Part shown: one piece after another, positions 35,172 to 48,097 of the stretch
Position numbering within the stretch: position 1 is the stretch's first letter
Layout of the letters: the number at the start of each line of letters is the position of its first letter
DNA from: Heteronotia binoei
Taxonomy: Eukaryota
Direction of reading: 5' to 3'
Assembly: GCF_032191835.1 (NCBI RefSeq)
Contig: NC_083227.1
Span: forward strand, 24,924,001 to 24,988,000
Length of the DNA: 64,000 nt
The notes under the pieces: model-generated
The model's database searches: none
The model's input: the letters and a program-made list of their open reading frames with translations, nothing else
Told to the model about the DNA's origin: nothing
Made by a program: the position numbers and the translations under genes

Positions 35172-36172
35172 GTGATTGGCCACTGAATGAAAAGGAGATC
35201 CTACAGCTGGAAAGGCCAAAGCAAATGGAGGTGCCTGAGGGGAGGAAAGGGAGATGCTCCCTGCTTTTGACGGAGGAGGAAACTTCTTCCAATCCTCCCG
35301 GATCAGACAGGGAGCTGGGGAAGGAGCCAACGGATAGCCCTGTTTGCGCCGAGGCCCCTCGCAGTCTTGGTGAATCCGTGACCCAGCAGAAAACCTCCAA
35401 AGGCAAGCTAGAAACAACTTGTAGCGTGTGTGGGAAGAGCTTTAGCCGGAGGACGGGCCTCTTGGCCCACGAGAGGGTCCACACGGGAGAGAAGCCGTAC
35501 AAGTGCACTCACTGTGGGAGAAGCTTCCAATCCAAGTCGACCCTCGTGGTCCACCAGAGAACCCACACAGGGGAGAAGCCCTACCAGTGCAGGGAGTGCG
35601 GAAAGAGCTTCCCAGTGACCACGCAGCTGATCGAGCACGAGCGGACCCACTCGGGGGAGAAGCCCTACGAGTGTGCCGAGTGCGGGCAGACGTTCCGCCA
35701 GAGGTCGCACCTGAAGAACCACCAGAAGATCCACACGGGAGTCAAGCCATTCAAGTGCTCCTACTGCGGGAAGGGCTTCAGCATCAGCTCGGACCTCATC
35801 CGACACGAGAGGGCCCACACGGGAGAGAAGCCCTACCAGTGTCCGGACTGCGGCAAGCGGTTCTGCAACAGCTCGCAGGTGATCACTCACCGGCGGGTCC
35901 ACACGGGGGAGAAGCCGTACAAATGCCTGGAGTGCGGGAAAGGGTTCACTGTCAGCCAGCAGCTGATCCGACACCAGGCGGTCCACACGGGGGAGAAGCC
36001 GTATCAGTGCCTGGAGTGCGGGAAGACCTTTGGCGTCAGCACGCTGCTGGCCGGCCACCTGAGGATCCACACGGGAGAGAAGCCGTACGAATGCTCGGAA
36101 TGCGGAAAGTGCTTCCGGCTCCGCTCCACGCTCATCACGCACTTGAAAATCCACACTGCCAGAAAAACTTAA
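35172..36172 (+). CDS. gene C exon 3: 9 tandem C2H2 fingers, CpG-rich
   Basis: Acceptor TTCTCACAG|GT GAT TGG, phase 1. 705+121+1001 = 1827 nt in frame; stop TAA at 36170-36172. Confidence 0.95.
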
Positions 36173-36426
36173 GGAATCGGCGGACTTCGGAGAACACTAG
36201 GCGGGGCAAGGAACGTTGTGGTGGAAAGGGCCGTCAAGTCACAGCCGACTTGCTGTGAACCCCGTAGGGTTTTCAAAGCAAGAGAGAAACCGGGGTGGTT
36301 TGCCAGTGCTTGCCTCTGCATAGCAACCCTAGGCTTCCATGGTACTAACCAAAGCTGACCCTGCTCGGCTTCTGTGATCTGGCACCGGGCCACTCAGGTC
36401 GGGGAGAAAAGTTTTAGGTCATAATT

Positions 36427-36432
36427 AATAAA
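36427..36432 (+). terminator. candidate polyadenylation signal of gene C
   Basis: AATAAA about 255 nt after the stop codon. Confidence 0.5.
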
Positions 36433-36524
36433 GACACGGAAGTAAATTCGACTGCCAAAGACTCCATCCTAATCTGCATAACAAAATCAGTGTGTTTATA
36501 TGGTATTGACAAGATAAAGAGTTC

Positions 36525-36950
36525 ATAGAACCATAAGAGTTGGGAGGGACCTCCAGAGTCATCTAGTCCAGCCCCCCTTGCACAATGCGGGAAAGGCACA
36601 AATACCTCCCGCCCCCCAGCATACTCTCCTAGTGATTTCTGTTTCATGCCCAAAAGATGACAAAAACCCTTCCAGGATCCCTGGCCAAACTAGCCTGGAG
36701 AAAATTGCTTTCCGACCCCAAAGTCAGCATTTATCTCGGTGTATAAGAAGGGGCCACGAGAACTAAGCCCTGATGCAACTCTTCCTGCCCATCCCTCATG
36801 ATCTGCCTAAGTTCACAGGATCTTCATTGCTGTCAGATGGCCATCTAGCCTCCAAGGAAGGAGAGCCCACCACCTCCTGAGGAAACCTGTTCCACTGAGG
36901 AATAGCTTCAGCTGTCAGGAAGTTCTTCCTAATGTTGAGCGAAAAACTCT
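36525..36950 (-). mobile_element. CR1 3' end
   Basis: Reverse complement of the CR1 3' UTR (ATGACTCTGGAGGTCCCTCCCAACTCTTATGGTTCTATG) and ORF2 end (ATTAGGAAGAACTTCCTGACAG). Confidence 0.75.
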
Positions 36951-37577
36951 TGATTTCATTTCATCCTGTTGGTTCATGAGTTGCTCATCATGTGGTGTGT
37001 GGTGATCCTAGACCTGGGACTTCTTTTGTAGCAGGAATTAGGCCACACACTCCTGATGTAGCCAATCCTCCAAGAGTTTACATAGCTCTTCGTATAGGGC
37101 CTACTGTAATCTCTTGGAGGACTGGCTACAGTGTGTGGCCTAAAATGCAAAGGAGTTCCTGCTACAAAAAAAAGCCCTGCTTACAACAAACCAGTAAGGT
37201 AGATCATGATTATGTTTTCTGTATTGGAGACAGGTAGAGAGAGTGTGACTTGGCTAAGGTCAGCCAGTGAAGTCATGTTGAAGGCAAGAGAAAAATGAAA
37301 AAATTAGTAATTCTAATGGGGGAAACTGAGCTATGTCCGTTCTGGATTCAAAAAACGATGTCTGTGAAAATATTCTTCGCTGGTTGCTTTAAAAGTTCTA
37401 GATGAAGAAGAACGAAGACGAGAGGCTAAAGGCTGGGTGGGGGAGTTTTAGTGTTTAAAATCTGACTCACATGGTAGATGAAAGCAATGGGGATTAGGAG
37501 TTAGGGGACCCCCTGGGGTAAAATCAGAGTCAAAAACACAAGCTGCCAACAGAAAAAAAAAAGATCCTGTTCTTTTA

Positions 37578-37845
37578 AGAAGAAGAACACAAATTTATAC
37601 CCCATCCTTCTCTCTGAATCAGAGTCTTAAAGCAGTTTATAATCTCCTTTATCTTCTTCCCCCACAACAGACACTCTGTGAAGTAGGTGGAGCTGAGAGA
37701 GCTCTCCCAGAAGCTGCCCTTTCAAGGACAACTGCCAGAGCTATGGCTGACCCAAGACCATTCCAGCAGCTGCAAGTGGAGGACTGGGAAATCAAACCTG
37801 GTTCTCCCAGCTAAGAGTCCACACACTTAACCACTACACCAAACA
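37578..37845 (-). mobile_element. Squam2-like SINE
   Basis: Collinear with 42241-42515 in reverse orientation. Confidence 0.8.
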
Positions 37846-39443
37846 GGCTTAAAGTATGAGAACATTTAACCACTACACCAAGAGGCTTAAAGTATAGTAC
37901 AGGAAATGGGCAGGTAGAGCTTTTCATGGCATGGAGTTGAATCACATCACCTGGTGAATAGCGGCCTGTTAAATCTCTGGTAAATGGACAGGACATTTTG
38001 TTTTCTCCAGGCTTGTTAGCAACTCTGTCAAGAGCAACCCTGGCAGATAATACACTTTCTGAATCTTCTTGTTTCTACCAAGAAGAGCCATTCATGAAGG
38101 AGCTCTTTTGACAATCAGAACAAAATCTGAGTCCAGTGGCACCTTTAAGACTAACATTCTGGGTGTATGCTTTCATGTGCATGCACACTTTTCCAGCAAA
38201 AAAAAAAAAATCCTAAAGCCTTACATATGTGTGTGTGCGTGTGTGTGCTGGTTTTTAGGAAGGGCTAGTTAGAGTCAAGATGCATAAGTAATATGCGTAG
38301 CTGAGTTTGGATTAAAGCAGTTGGTAAAATCTGTGAATACCAGCAAATTAATTTACAAATACAAGAATCAACAAACAGATGTGAAGACTAGATTTGAGCC
38401 CAGTGGCACCTCCAAAACTGACAAAGTTCAATTCCAGGCATAAGTGAGGACCAAGTGATTTAGCATGCATAGTGGGATAAGAATCCACTATCTCTGTTAA
38501 GTCCTGGGGGTTCCATTGTCCTGAGTGTTGTAATAATGTGTAATTCATCAATCTCCCATTCCAGTCTGTTTCTGAAACTCTTTTGCAATAAAACAGCTAC
38601 TTTTAGGCCCCCCATTGAGTGCCCGGAGGTGGGGGGTGGTTGAAATGTTCTCTTGTAGGTTTCTCAGTTTTGTGATTCTAGATGTCAGATTTGTGTCTAG
38701 CACCAGCACAGCTATCCGCCTAAATCTATCTTGACAAGCAGGTTAGTTCTTTAGAGACTTCTAATGTGCGGAAGCCTCCCTGTGAATGGTGCCCGTGGTT
38801 GTCACAGGCCTGTTACAGGTTCAAAGCCATGACCCTGCCAAGTTTGTACACTGGGGAAAGGTTAAGGCATACTTTGAAACCACACTGAGTTACACGGAAA
38901 CATATAAGATGGTGGAAGAGTACAATCATTTTAGCTGGGGGGAAGAATAAAAGATGTGGATGGAATTGGTGAATCATATCCCTGCCTCCTTATACTCTCT
39001 TTAAGCTGACTTTCTGTACAAAGTGTGAACTAAACCACTACTGGATTTGTTTCCTATATCCTAGGCTACCCAAACCCCCATTCCCAGCAGGGGAACCCCC
39101 AGTTTTCCAGGCTCCACCCTGTCCCCAGCCAGCTGGCTGGTGGGGGAAAACCCACCCCTGCAGCTACCATGACCCTTTAGATCTCTGCAGATTTAGAAGC
39201 ACCTTGCAAACACCTTGCATCTTAAAATGTGTGTGTGCACCTTTAAATTTGAGCAGGAAGTGAAAGCTGCATCAGGAGTTCCCAGTTCTGACAGGGGCCA
39301 GCAGCAGAGCCACATGTGTGAGAGAGAACAAAGCAAGAGTGGAATGCCTCTGCTTGCTTTGCTTTGAGAAATGTGTGCCTATGCTCCTTTTTTGGATTCA
39401 TTTCAGATGTCTTTTATAGTAACCTGTTTATGGGATGGAGAAG

Positions 39444-39735
39444 AGCCCCATGGTGCAGTGTGCTAAAGCTGCAGTATTGCAGTCCGAAGCTCTGCTCATG
39501 ACCTGAGTTTGATCCCCGGCGGAAGCTGGGTTTTCAGGTAACCGGCTCAAGATTGACTCAGCCTTCCATCCTTCCGAGGTCGGTCAAATGAGTACCCAGC
39601 TTGCTGGGGGGAAAGTGTAGATGACTGGGGAAGGCAATGGCAAACCACCCCGTAAAAAGTCTGCCATGAAAATGTTGTGAAACGTCACCCCAGAGTCGGA
39701 AATGACTGGTGCTTGCACAGGGGGCCTTTCCTTTC
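39444..39735 (+). mobile_element. Sauria SINE
   Basis: Same head and body as 17040-17343. Confidence 0.88.
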
Positions 39736-40205
39736 TTATGGGATGGAGGAAAACTCCATCTCTCTCTCATTTGCCTGTGTTAGTATGAAGAAGTTGGTTG
39801 GAAATACAGCAGCTCCTGTGCGTAAAGCCCCAGTGAGATCACAAAAGTGTGTGCTTTCAAACTGTTTATTTTGGCTGCTTTGTTAGCGTGAGTTCACTTT
39901 CATTTACTGGTGTTGGGGACAAGGAAATGAAGACTATTCAGGGGAATTGCACTGCTGTATTTTTATTTATTTTAGGGAATGGGTAAGTCTCCTGGCTCCA
40001 CCCCCAAAGTCCCCAGGACTTGGCAACCCTATCCTGAACTCTTGCTTTTTCTCCCACTACAGACAAACTAACACGGCTATCTATCTTGATCTATCTCCAT
40101 GGAAGGGTATCTGAAGAAGTGAGCAGTCACTCACCAAAGCTCATCGCTTGCCACAAACTGTTAGTCTTTAAGGTGCTGCTGCTGGACTCTTGGTCTTTTC
40201 TGTTA

Positions 40206-40703
40206 TAGGGTTACCAATCCCCAGGTGCGGGCAGGGGATCCCCAGGTTTGGAGGGCCTCCTCCCTCTTCAGGGTCATCAGAAAGCGGGGGGAGGGGAGGG
40301 AAATGTCTGCTGGGAACTCTATTATTCCCTGTGGAGACGATTCCCATAGGAAATAATGGAGAATTGATCTGCGGGTATCTGGGGCTTTGGGGATGCTGTT
40401 TTTGGAGGCAGAGGCACCAAATTTGCAATATAGGATCCAGTGCCTCTCCACAAAATACCCCCCAAGTTTCAAAAGGATTGGAGCAGGGGGTCCAATTCTA
40501 TGAGCCCCAAAAGAAGGTGCCCCTATCTTTCATTATTTCCAATGGAGGGAAGAGGTGTGCTGTCCCTTTAAATGTGAAGGCTGGAACTCCCTTTGGAGTT
40601 CAATTATGCTTGTCACACCCTTGCTTCTGACTCCACCCCCAATGTCTCCTGGCTCCACCCCCAAAGTCCCCAGATATTCCTTGAATTCGACTTGGCAACC
40701 CTA
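40206..40703. mobile_element. TAGGGTTGCCA-family hAT element inserted among Penelope-like ends
   Basis: TAGGGTTACCAATCC ... TTGGCAACCCTA. PLE-type ends flank it at about 40100-40200 and 40710-40815. Confidence 0.8.
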
Positions 40704-40859
40704 TTTCTATATCGCTTCTTCAGATGTAGCAAATTCATTCTAGCTGTGTCTGAAGAAGTGAGCTGTGACTCACCAAAGCCCCGCCACCAATTTTTGTTAA
40801 ATCTTTAAGGTGCCTACCGCGTTTTTCCTCTATTCTAATATTTTGAAGGGTTAAATCTA

Positions 40860-40990
40860 CATTTACGATTCCTAGATAGGCCGGAAACACTGAGGGTGGG
40901 CGTTGGATAATGCAGTCCTTTCCGGCCAAAAAGGGAAGCGAACAGCAAGCCGGGGGAGCATTGCTGCAGCTCAACAGCAGAGAGGTGAAG
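40860..40990 (+). promoter_or_regulatory. candidate promoter / first non-coding exon of gene D
   Basis: Unique CpG-containing patch with two CCGG(A/C) ETS-like cores and donor AGAG|GTGAAG at 40984/40985. Acceptor CATCCTTAG upstream of the SCAN exon at about 43362. Confidence 0.3.
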
Positions 40991-42240
40991 GCTTTGCGGG
41001 TCTGGGGAAAACGCGGGGAGAGATTGCAAAGGGAGAATTGGAAGGGGGGTGTCCGGGGATGAAGTGCATTTTTAAAAAAAGACATTTTTTTTAAAATTAA
41101 AAAAGGGAAATCCATTTCAGTTGGGATTGGGAACAGAGTCACAGAACTGGTGCGCAGAGCTGGAGGTCTGGTTGCATGAATTCAAGCTCTGGGGGTGCCT
41201 TTCATTTTTTGGTACCCCACTCCCTCCCTCCCCAAAAATGTAGACCTCTTGAGCGGCCCCATTCTAGGGTTGCCAGCCTCCAGGTGGTAGCTGGAGCTTT
41301 CCTGGGATTCCACCTGCTCTCCAGGCAGCAAGAGCTCCGTTCCCCAGGAAAAATGACTGCTTTGGAAGGGGTCCCTCCTCTCCTCAAACCTCTGCTCTAC
41401 TCAGGCTCCACCCCCCAAAAAAATCTCCAGGAATTTCCTAAACTGGAGCCAGCGACCCTAGTTGGTCCTGGAGACCTCCAGAATTATACCTAGTTTCCAG
41501 TTACAGAGATCAGTTCCCCAGAAGAAAATGATAGCTCCAGAGGATGGGCTATTTCCCTCTGAGTACTCCCCCACCCCCAATTGTGCCTTCCCCACAATTG
41601 ATTCCCAAATATCCAAGAATTTCCCACCTGGAGTTGGCAACTCTACCTGTTGCATATAGGGCTGCCCTGTGTCGTCTGAAAGCAGAGTGAAATCAAGAGC
41701 AACCCTGCTGGTCCAGCTCAAAAACTCATCTAGCCCAGCATCCTGCACTCCATTGTGGCTGGTCAAGAGGTCCACTAACCTGCTAGGAATGCACCTCCCC
41801 ACTTCACTATTTCATTATAATGTAAAGGATGTTGTGATGGTATCAAAAACGGATAAGACAAATTTGCAGAAAAGAAGATTACGATGATATTGGATTTATA
41901 TCCCACCTTTCACTCTGAGTCTCATAGTGGCTCACAATCTCCTTTACCTTGGAATGTTGTTAGCCGCCCTGAGCCTGCCAAGGTGGGGGAGGGCGGGATA
42001 TAAATGAAATTAATAAATAAATAATAAATAATAATAAATACCTTCCTGCCCCACAACAAACGCCTTGTGAGCAATGTTCCCTCTAAGCTGCGGAGTCTTG
42101 TAAACAAAAATTCTACTTTGTGAGGTACTGGCATTAAAGCTGTGGAGGGAGTGGGCACCTATTGGAAACTAGATGTTGCATTACATGGAATGCTTATTAA
42201 ATTTGCAGATGATACTAAATTGGAAGGGGTAGCAAATATG

Positions 42241-42515
42241 AGAGCCAGTTTAGTGTAGTGTTGAAGTGTGTGGACTCTTATCTGGGAGAACTGGGTTTGA
42301 TTCCCCACTCCTCCACTTACAGCTGCTGGAATTGCCTTCAGTTAGCCATAGCTACCGCAGGAGTTGTCCTGAAAGGGCAGCTGCTGTGAGAGCTCTCTCA
42401 GCCCCACCCCCTCACAGGGTGTCTGTTGTAGAGGGAGAAGATATAGGAGATTGTAAGCCGCTCTGAGTCTCCGATTCAGAGAGAAGGGCAGAGTATAAAT
42501 CTGCAGTCGTCTTCT
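42241..42515 (+). mobile_element. Squam2-like SINE inserted in a CR1 fragment
   Basis: CR1 ORF2 sequence TTTGCAGATGATACTAAATTGG (about 42200-42240) continues as GATACAGGATGATCTTGACAGGCTGG at about 42535. Confidence 0.8.
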
Positions 42516-43499
42516 ACAGTAGAAGAAAGAGTCAGGATACAGGATGATCTTGACAGGCTGGGAAACTGGGCTGATTGCCATTTGGGGTCAGGAAGCGATA
42601 TTTTCCAGGCAAGTTTGGCCAGGGCTCCTGGAGAGGTTTTTTTGCCATCTTCTGGGAAAGGAGCAGGGGTTGTTGGAGTGAAATTCCTACATTGTGCAGG
42701 GGGTTGGCTAGTTGGCCCTGGAGGCCCTTTCCAATTTTGTGATTCTATGGAACAGTTATATGATCTGTCAGAGGTCCCCCTAGTTGGCATACAACTTAAC
42801 AACTGTGGTAGGGTATATGAAAAGCCCCATTCAAGGCCAACAGTGCCAGGCTTATTGATATAAACCAGGGGTGGCCAAACTGCGGCTCAGGAGCCACACA
42901 TGGCTGTTTCATACATATTGTGTGGCTCTTGAAGCCCCCCCCCCCACCTCATTGACCAGCTTAAGAAGGCATTTGTGCATTGGAATATCCTACCTTCAAG
43001 GCTGAGGTTGGGAAGGTTCAATGGAATTCCATATTCAGATTAGACTCTGAAATTATTGGTGGCAACAACCAAATCTGTTCTGTGGATCGTATTTTGTTTT
43101 GACTGCCTGAAATTTTCAGATCTGAGAGCTAAACTAATCTCTCCATTATTTAATTAGGACTTTTGTCTCTTCAGAAGCAAACTCATCGTGGTTACTCAGA
43201 GATAAACAAAATACTTTTGCATGTGACAACATTTCTGGCAGCTGTTGTTAAGTTCTATGAAAACGTTCGTAGCAATTTTTAGGTTCTTCCTTTGTGGGAT
43301 GAGGGTTTGCTGTAAGTAAAATGGTAAATGAATCGTTAACATCTTCATATTGTACATCCTTAGCTATCGCTCATCCATCCACTCTGCGGGATTCGAGACT
43401 TTTGATCGGCTTGATAGCCCACCCCCCCTCCCCAGGCAAGTCTCATCAGATCAGATGTCCTCTGTGAAGCAGGTACTTGCAAGAGTGAATTAAGAGCTG

Positions 43500-44237
43500 A
43501 TGTGGAAGGAGCCAAAGATGTTCTTGCATCGCAACAGAGAGGAAATGGAGCAGGTGGAAATGACACAGGTAGATCCCCAGGTCAAAGTGCCAAAAGCACT
43601 GAGGGCAGAGCCAGGAAATTCTATAAGGGAGCTGGACAGACTGCAATCAAAAGTGGACAAGGTGCTTGGCAGAAACCCAGAGGATGTTGTCGAAGGCAAA
43701 GACCCTACACAGCAAGAGTTTCCAATGGAGGTGCAGTTGCCTAATTCAGGATGGGAAAGGCCAAAGCCTGTCTTAAGCAATGTTACCAAGGCCTGTCTGT
43801 CCTCACTCAAAGGGGGAAATAGTCAAAGAGACGGGGCAAGCCACCTCCATCCAGGCCTTGCTGGAGAAGGTGAGGAGGCCTATAGCTGCTCAGACTCCGG
43901 GGCAGCTTATGAGAGTGAGGTTGAGGCCACAAGGAAAGATGCTGCCGTCATGGAGTCCCAACGGCAGAACTTCCGGCAGTTCCTCTACCAGGAGGCTGAG
44001 GGCCCCTGCGAGGCATGCAGCCAACTCTGGTACCTCTGCCATCGGTGGCTGAGGCCGGAGAGGCACACCAAGGAGTGGATCCTGGAGGTCTTGATTCTGG
44101 AGCAGTTCCTGGCCATCCTGCCATCAGAGATGCGAAACTGGGTGAGGGAACACGAACCAGTGACCTGTTCCCAGGCGGTCGCCCTGGCTGAGGATTTCCT
44201 GTTGAAGCAAGAAAAGGCTGGGAGACCTGACGGACAG
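43500..44237 (+). CDS. gene D exon 1: SCAN domain; full spliced protein about 606 aa (SCAN + 9 C2H2)
   Basis: [54 protein letters not shown]. Donor GGACAG|GTAAGA, phase 0. Confidence 0.9.
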
Positions 44238-44619
44238 GTAAGAGAGCATCTTTTCTAGCGGAATCTTAAAGGCTGACCAAATTTATTCCAGCATGAGCTT
44301 TTGTGGGCTCACTTCCTCAGATACAAGAGGAAGGAAGAAAATCATTTACCTTACTTAAAGAAAGTTGTAGAAGGGGGAGAAATGATTTTCTTTCTATCTT
44401 TTGTTTATTGGAAAACAGTTTATTGAGAAATAAATAAGTTACAAAATAGTGTGAAATAGAAAATCAAGACTCATATACACACATAAAGCTGCCAAAACAT
44501 AACAGGAATAAAAATGGTACACAGTATGACTCTGAAACTGCTTATTAAATAAGGTAAGGATACAGATTCAATTTAAAAAACCTCATCAGTAAAGGTATGC
44601 TGTCAAATACTAATTTATT

Positions 44620-44975
44620 TATTTATTTAATTTTATTTATATCCTGCCCTCCTCATTGAAGCAGGCTCACAGCATAAAATCCCAACATACAGTTAAAATC
44701 AATAAGAATTAAAAATTACACATTCAACAGTAAGACAAAATATTCAATAGTTAAAACAGTTAAGAACAGAATATAAGTTTGGTGCTATTTCAGTGGCAAT
44801 GGCATATCTTCCAGTTCCCTGAAATACAGGCGCCATGTCAGTTAAACGCCAGCCAGAAGAGAGCCGTCTTGCAGGCCCTGCAGAACTGCGCAAAGTTCTG
44901 CAAGGCCCTCACTTCCTCTGGCAGTTGATTCCACCAGCAGGGGGCTGCAATCGAGAAGGCCCTGTCTCTGGTAGT
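44620..44975 (-). mobile_element. L2 3' fragment
   Basis: (TTAT)n tail with ATATCCTGCCCTCC...GCAGGCTCA and an ORF2-end remnant TTGCAGGCCCTGCAGAACTG. Confidence 0.7.
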
Positions 44976-45633
44976 TTACAATTTATAGTAACTCAGTATT
45001 AAACTGCTTAACACAAAATTAAACACAAGATATAATCTTCATGAGTCAAAGTAGATGAAGCATAGGTGGGCCTGAATTTCCAATTTTCTTTCTTGAATCT
45101 GAGGAAGGGAGCTCTGACTCAGGAAAGCTCATATTGGAATATGTTTCATTAACCTTTAAGGTGCTGCTGGAATTCTGTTTTGTTTCAGTGTGACAGATTA
45201 AACCCTCACGATAAACTACCCCAACGAACCCCACGAGGGGGAGTCAGCTCCCAATAGAGTTCAGACTGGGAGCCTCCATGAAATAATTCCTCATTAAAAC
45301 CAAAATGGCAGCAACAGAAAACCAGGCATAAGAACATAAGAGAAGCCATGTTAGATCAGGCCAATGGCCCATCCAGTCCAACACTCTGTGTCACACAGTG
45401 GCAATTTTTTTTTAATATATATATGTCGAGGCATATTGAGGATGCTGAGTGAAGTACAGGCTCCTCTCAGAAGTAGGGATTTTTTTTCTGGTTTTGAGAT
45501 CATTTGAATTTACCCATCCTCCATATCAAAATGACTCTCATTAACACGACTCAAAATATGGCATAATAAACATCTTGACCTGAAACAAAACCCTACGTAA
45601 AGGGGATGAACATCTCACAAAGTACACATAGAC

Positions 45634-46229
45634 CAGGGGTGTCAAACATGCGACCCAGGGGCCAAATCAGGCCTCTGGAGGCCCCTTGGAGGGCCCCCGA
45701 GCAACTTGTCATCTGCTTCCTTCTCCCTCTAGATTCCTTCTGCATCACAACTTGCTTTGCCAGGCTCACTCAATTGCACAGGAGCTCCAAAGCAAAACCT
45801 TGATTTTCTCCATTGGTTGAAGCTCCTCCCTTGGGGAGGAAGGAGAGCTTGCTTTGCTCTCTCAATCACACAGCAGAACTACTGAGCCAAGCCTCTCTTC
45901 CTTCTATTGGTGGAGGCTCCTCCTCCTCCTGGTCCCCTGGGAAAAGAAGGAAAGAGCCAGAGTTTCCTTTGCCCAGTTCCCTGTATCCCATGGGAGAGAT
46001 ACAAAGAAAGCACCTTTAAGGCCAATGAGTGGCAATGTTTCAAACATGTTTTATTTTAAGGTTTTTTTTAAAAAAATCTTTAATTATGTCTGTGTCCTTT
46101 ATAAAGTTTATATCTCTGCTACCTAATCTTAAATAGGTACACACATGGCCCAGCCCAAGATGGCTCGGCCCCCAAAAGTCTAATTTATGTCAGGTCCGGC
46201 CCTCATAACAAATGAGTTTGACACCCCTG
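45634..46229. mobile_element. hAT element (CAGGGGTGTCAAAC TIR family)
   Basis: CAGGGGTGTCAAAC ... GTTTGACACCCCTG. Homologous to 62384-63014 and partly to 31789-32117. Confidence 0.8.
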
Positions 46230-46278
46230 ACCAAATTACCGCATTTGGCACCCAGCTGAATTACACCATAATCTTAGC

Positions 46279-46775
46279 CAGGGCTTTTTTTGAACATATG
46301 AACATATGAAGCTGCCTTATACAGAATCAGTCCTTTGGTCCATCAAAGTCAGTATCCTCTTCTCAGACTGGCAGTGGCTCTCCAGGGTCTCAAGCTGAGG
46401 TTTTTTCACACCTCTTTGCCTGGACCCTTTTTTGGAGATGCCAGGGATTGAACCTGGGACCTTCTGCTTCCCAAGCAGATGCTCTACCACTGAGCCACCG
46501 TCCCTCCCCACTGTCCTTTTTTTTGTAGGAAAATAATAATAATAATAAATTTTATTTATACCCCGCCCTCCCCGCCGAGGCAGGCTAAGGAAGCCTAGCA
46601 GGAAGTCATTTGCATACTAGGCCCACACCCCTTGAAGCCACTATTGTTTTGCACAGGTCTTTTTTGTAGGAAAAAACCCAGCAGGAACTAATTTGCATAC
46701 TAGGCCACACACCCTGACACCAAGCCAGCCAAAACTGCATTCCTGTGCGTTCCTGCTAAAAAAAAAAAAGCCCTG
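46279..46775. mobile_element. CAGGGCTTTTT MITE with nested Squam3-like SINE (46292-46510) and L2 tail
   Basis: CAGGGCTTTTTTT ... AAAAAAAGCCCTG; TSD ATCTTAGC / ATCTCAGC. Confidence 0.8.
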
Positions 46776-46870
46776 ATCTCAGCCCTCCCTGTACCCTATG
46801 CAGTCCTGAACCACTTGCCCTCTTGTGTTCCTCCAGTCTCCATGACAACCAGTCCTCTCAGTTGTTTCAG

Positions 46871-46952
46871 GTGGCTGCCATCCTTTCTCCTGAGGCAGAT
46901 GGAGCTCCTTCAGATAGCGGAGAGAAGCTGTTGCGTCCTGAAGTCAAACAAG
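46871..46952 (+). CDS. gene D exon 2 (82 nt), vestigial KRAB-A-like
   Basis: Acceptor TTGTTTCAG|GTG. The only frame-preserving donor is CAAG|GTGATT. Peptide VAAILSPEADGAPSDSGEKLLRPEVKQ. Confidence 0.68.
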
Positions 46953-47033
46953 GTGATTGCTCTTCAAGGGGAAGGGTTTGTTTTTAACTTCTCTGGGCAT
47001 TCTGGGATTTCTGGCTGTCTGGCTCTATTTCTG

Positions 47034-47300
47034 AGAGCCAGTTTGGTGTAGCGGTTAAGTGCACAGACTCTTATCTGGAAGAACCGGGTTTGATTCCCCG
47101 CTCCTCCACTTATAGCTGCTGGAATGGCCTTGGGTTAGCCATAGCTCTCACAGAGTTGTCCTTGAAAGGGCAGCTGCTGTGAGAGCCCTCTCAGTCCCAC
47201 CCACCTTACAGGGTGTCTGTTGTGGGGGGAGAAGATAGATTGTAAGCTGCTCTGAGTCTCTGATTCAGAGAGAAGGTATAAATCTGCAGTCGTCGTCTTC
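47034..47300 (+). mobile_element. Squam2-like SINE
   Basis: GAGAGCCAGTTTGGTGTAGCGGTTAAGTG head and TATAAATCTGCAGTCGTCGTCTTC tail. Confidence 0.85.
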
Positions 47301-47617
47301 TTTCTCCAAACCAAGGATCCCCAGCCTGGGGCCCTATTTGTGCCATGGTGACTGCTGAGACTTCAGATAGTGGGCAGGACAAGGACTAGGTGGGGCTTTT
47401 GCCCAGCATGGCTTCTGATTGGCAATTGGAGATTTGATTGGCTGTGCAGATTTTTTTTTAAATGGTGCTTTGGAACCATAGCGAAGGGTTCTCCGCTATG
47501 CAAATGAAGCTGGCACTAAAGCATCAGGATCTCCACTGTGTGACTGAAGGCAAGCTGCGTAACAATCACAAGCAGTCACACAGTAAAAGTATGATGGAGT
47601 ACAAAAATTCCAAGTAT

Positions 47618-48097
47618 GAATTCCAAATAAAACTTCAATGACAGTTAAGTCAGTCATTTTCATTCAGGTACAAGCACACCTACAGAACGTGGAATGCTTA
47701 AAAAAGATACGATATTCACAAAACTGAACAGGTTCAAGGTAAATGGCAGAACCAATAGCCCACAGAAGCCAAAATCCAAATTCTGATAACGGATGGCGCT
47801 TCAAAGTTTAAATTCCCTTTCAGGCGTCCAGTGCTTCCATTTCTGTTGGACCTAGTTCTCACCCAAAAAAGGTCGGTTTGGAAGTTGCCTGGAAAGAAAC
47901 ACAAAAGGATTTTGTGGAGGTCCTTGGACACCACAGCAGGCCTTTGAATTGTCAGCTCGCGAAAAAGCAATTTATTGTGAAACGCGGCCAATATTAGCTA
48001 GCAACGCGTTGAGAGAACATCTGCATCTCTGAACCGACTTTTTTTGGATGAGAACTAGGTCCAGCAGAAATGGAAGCATAAGTTTTATTTGGAATTC
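47618..48097. repeat. foldback / long inverted repeat
   Basis: 47832-47878 is the near-perfect reverse complement of 48032-48078; 47618-47635 is the exact reverse complement of 48080-48097. Confidence 0.85.

Noticed and set aside
35408-36258. Long antisense (35408-36154) and shifted-frame (35503-36258) ORFs over the gene C finger exon
   Set aside because: Expected by-product of very high GC3 and periodic finger codons, which remove stops. No domain is recognisable and no independent start context was seen.
37827-37896. Short direct repeat TTAACCACTACACCAA...AGGCTTAAAGTAT
   Set aside because: Simple local duplication at a SINE end with no sign of function.
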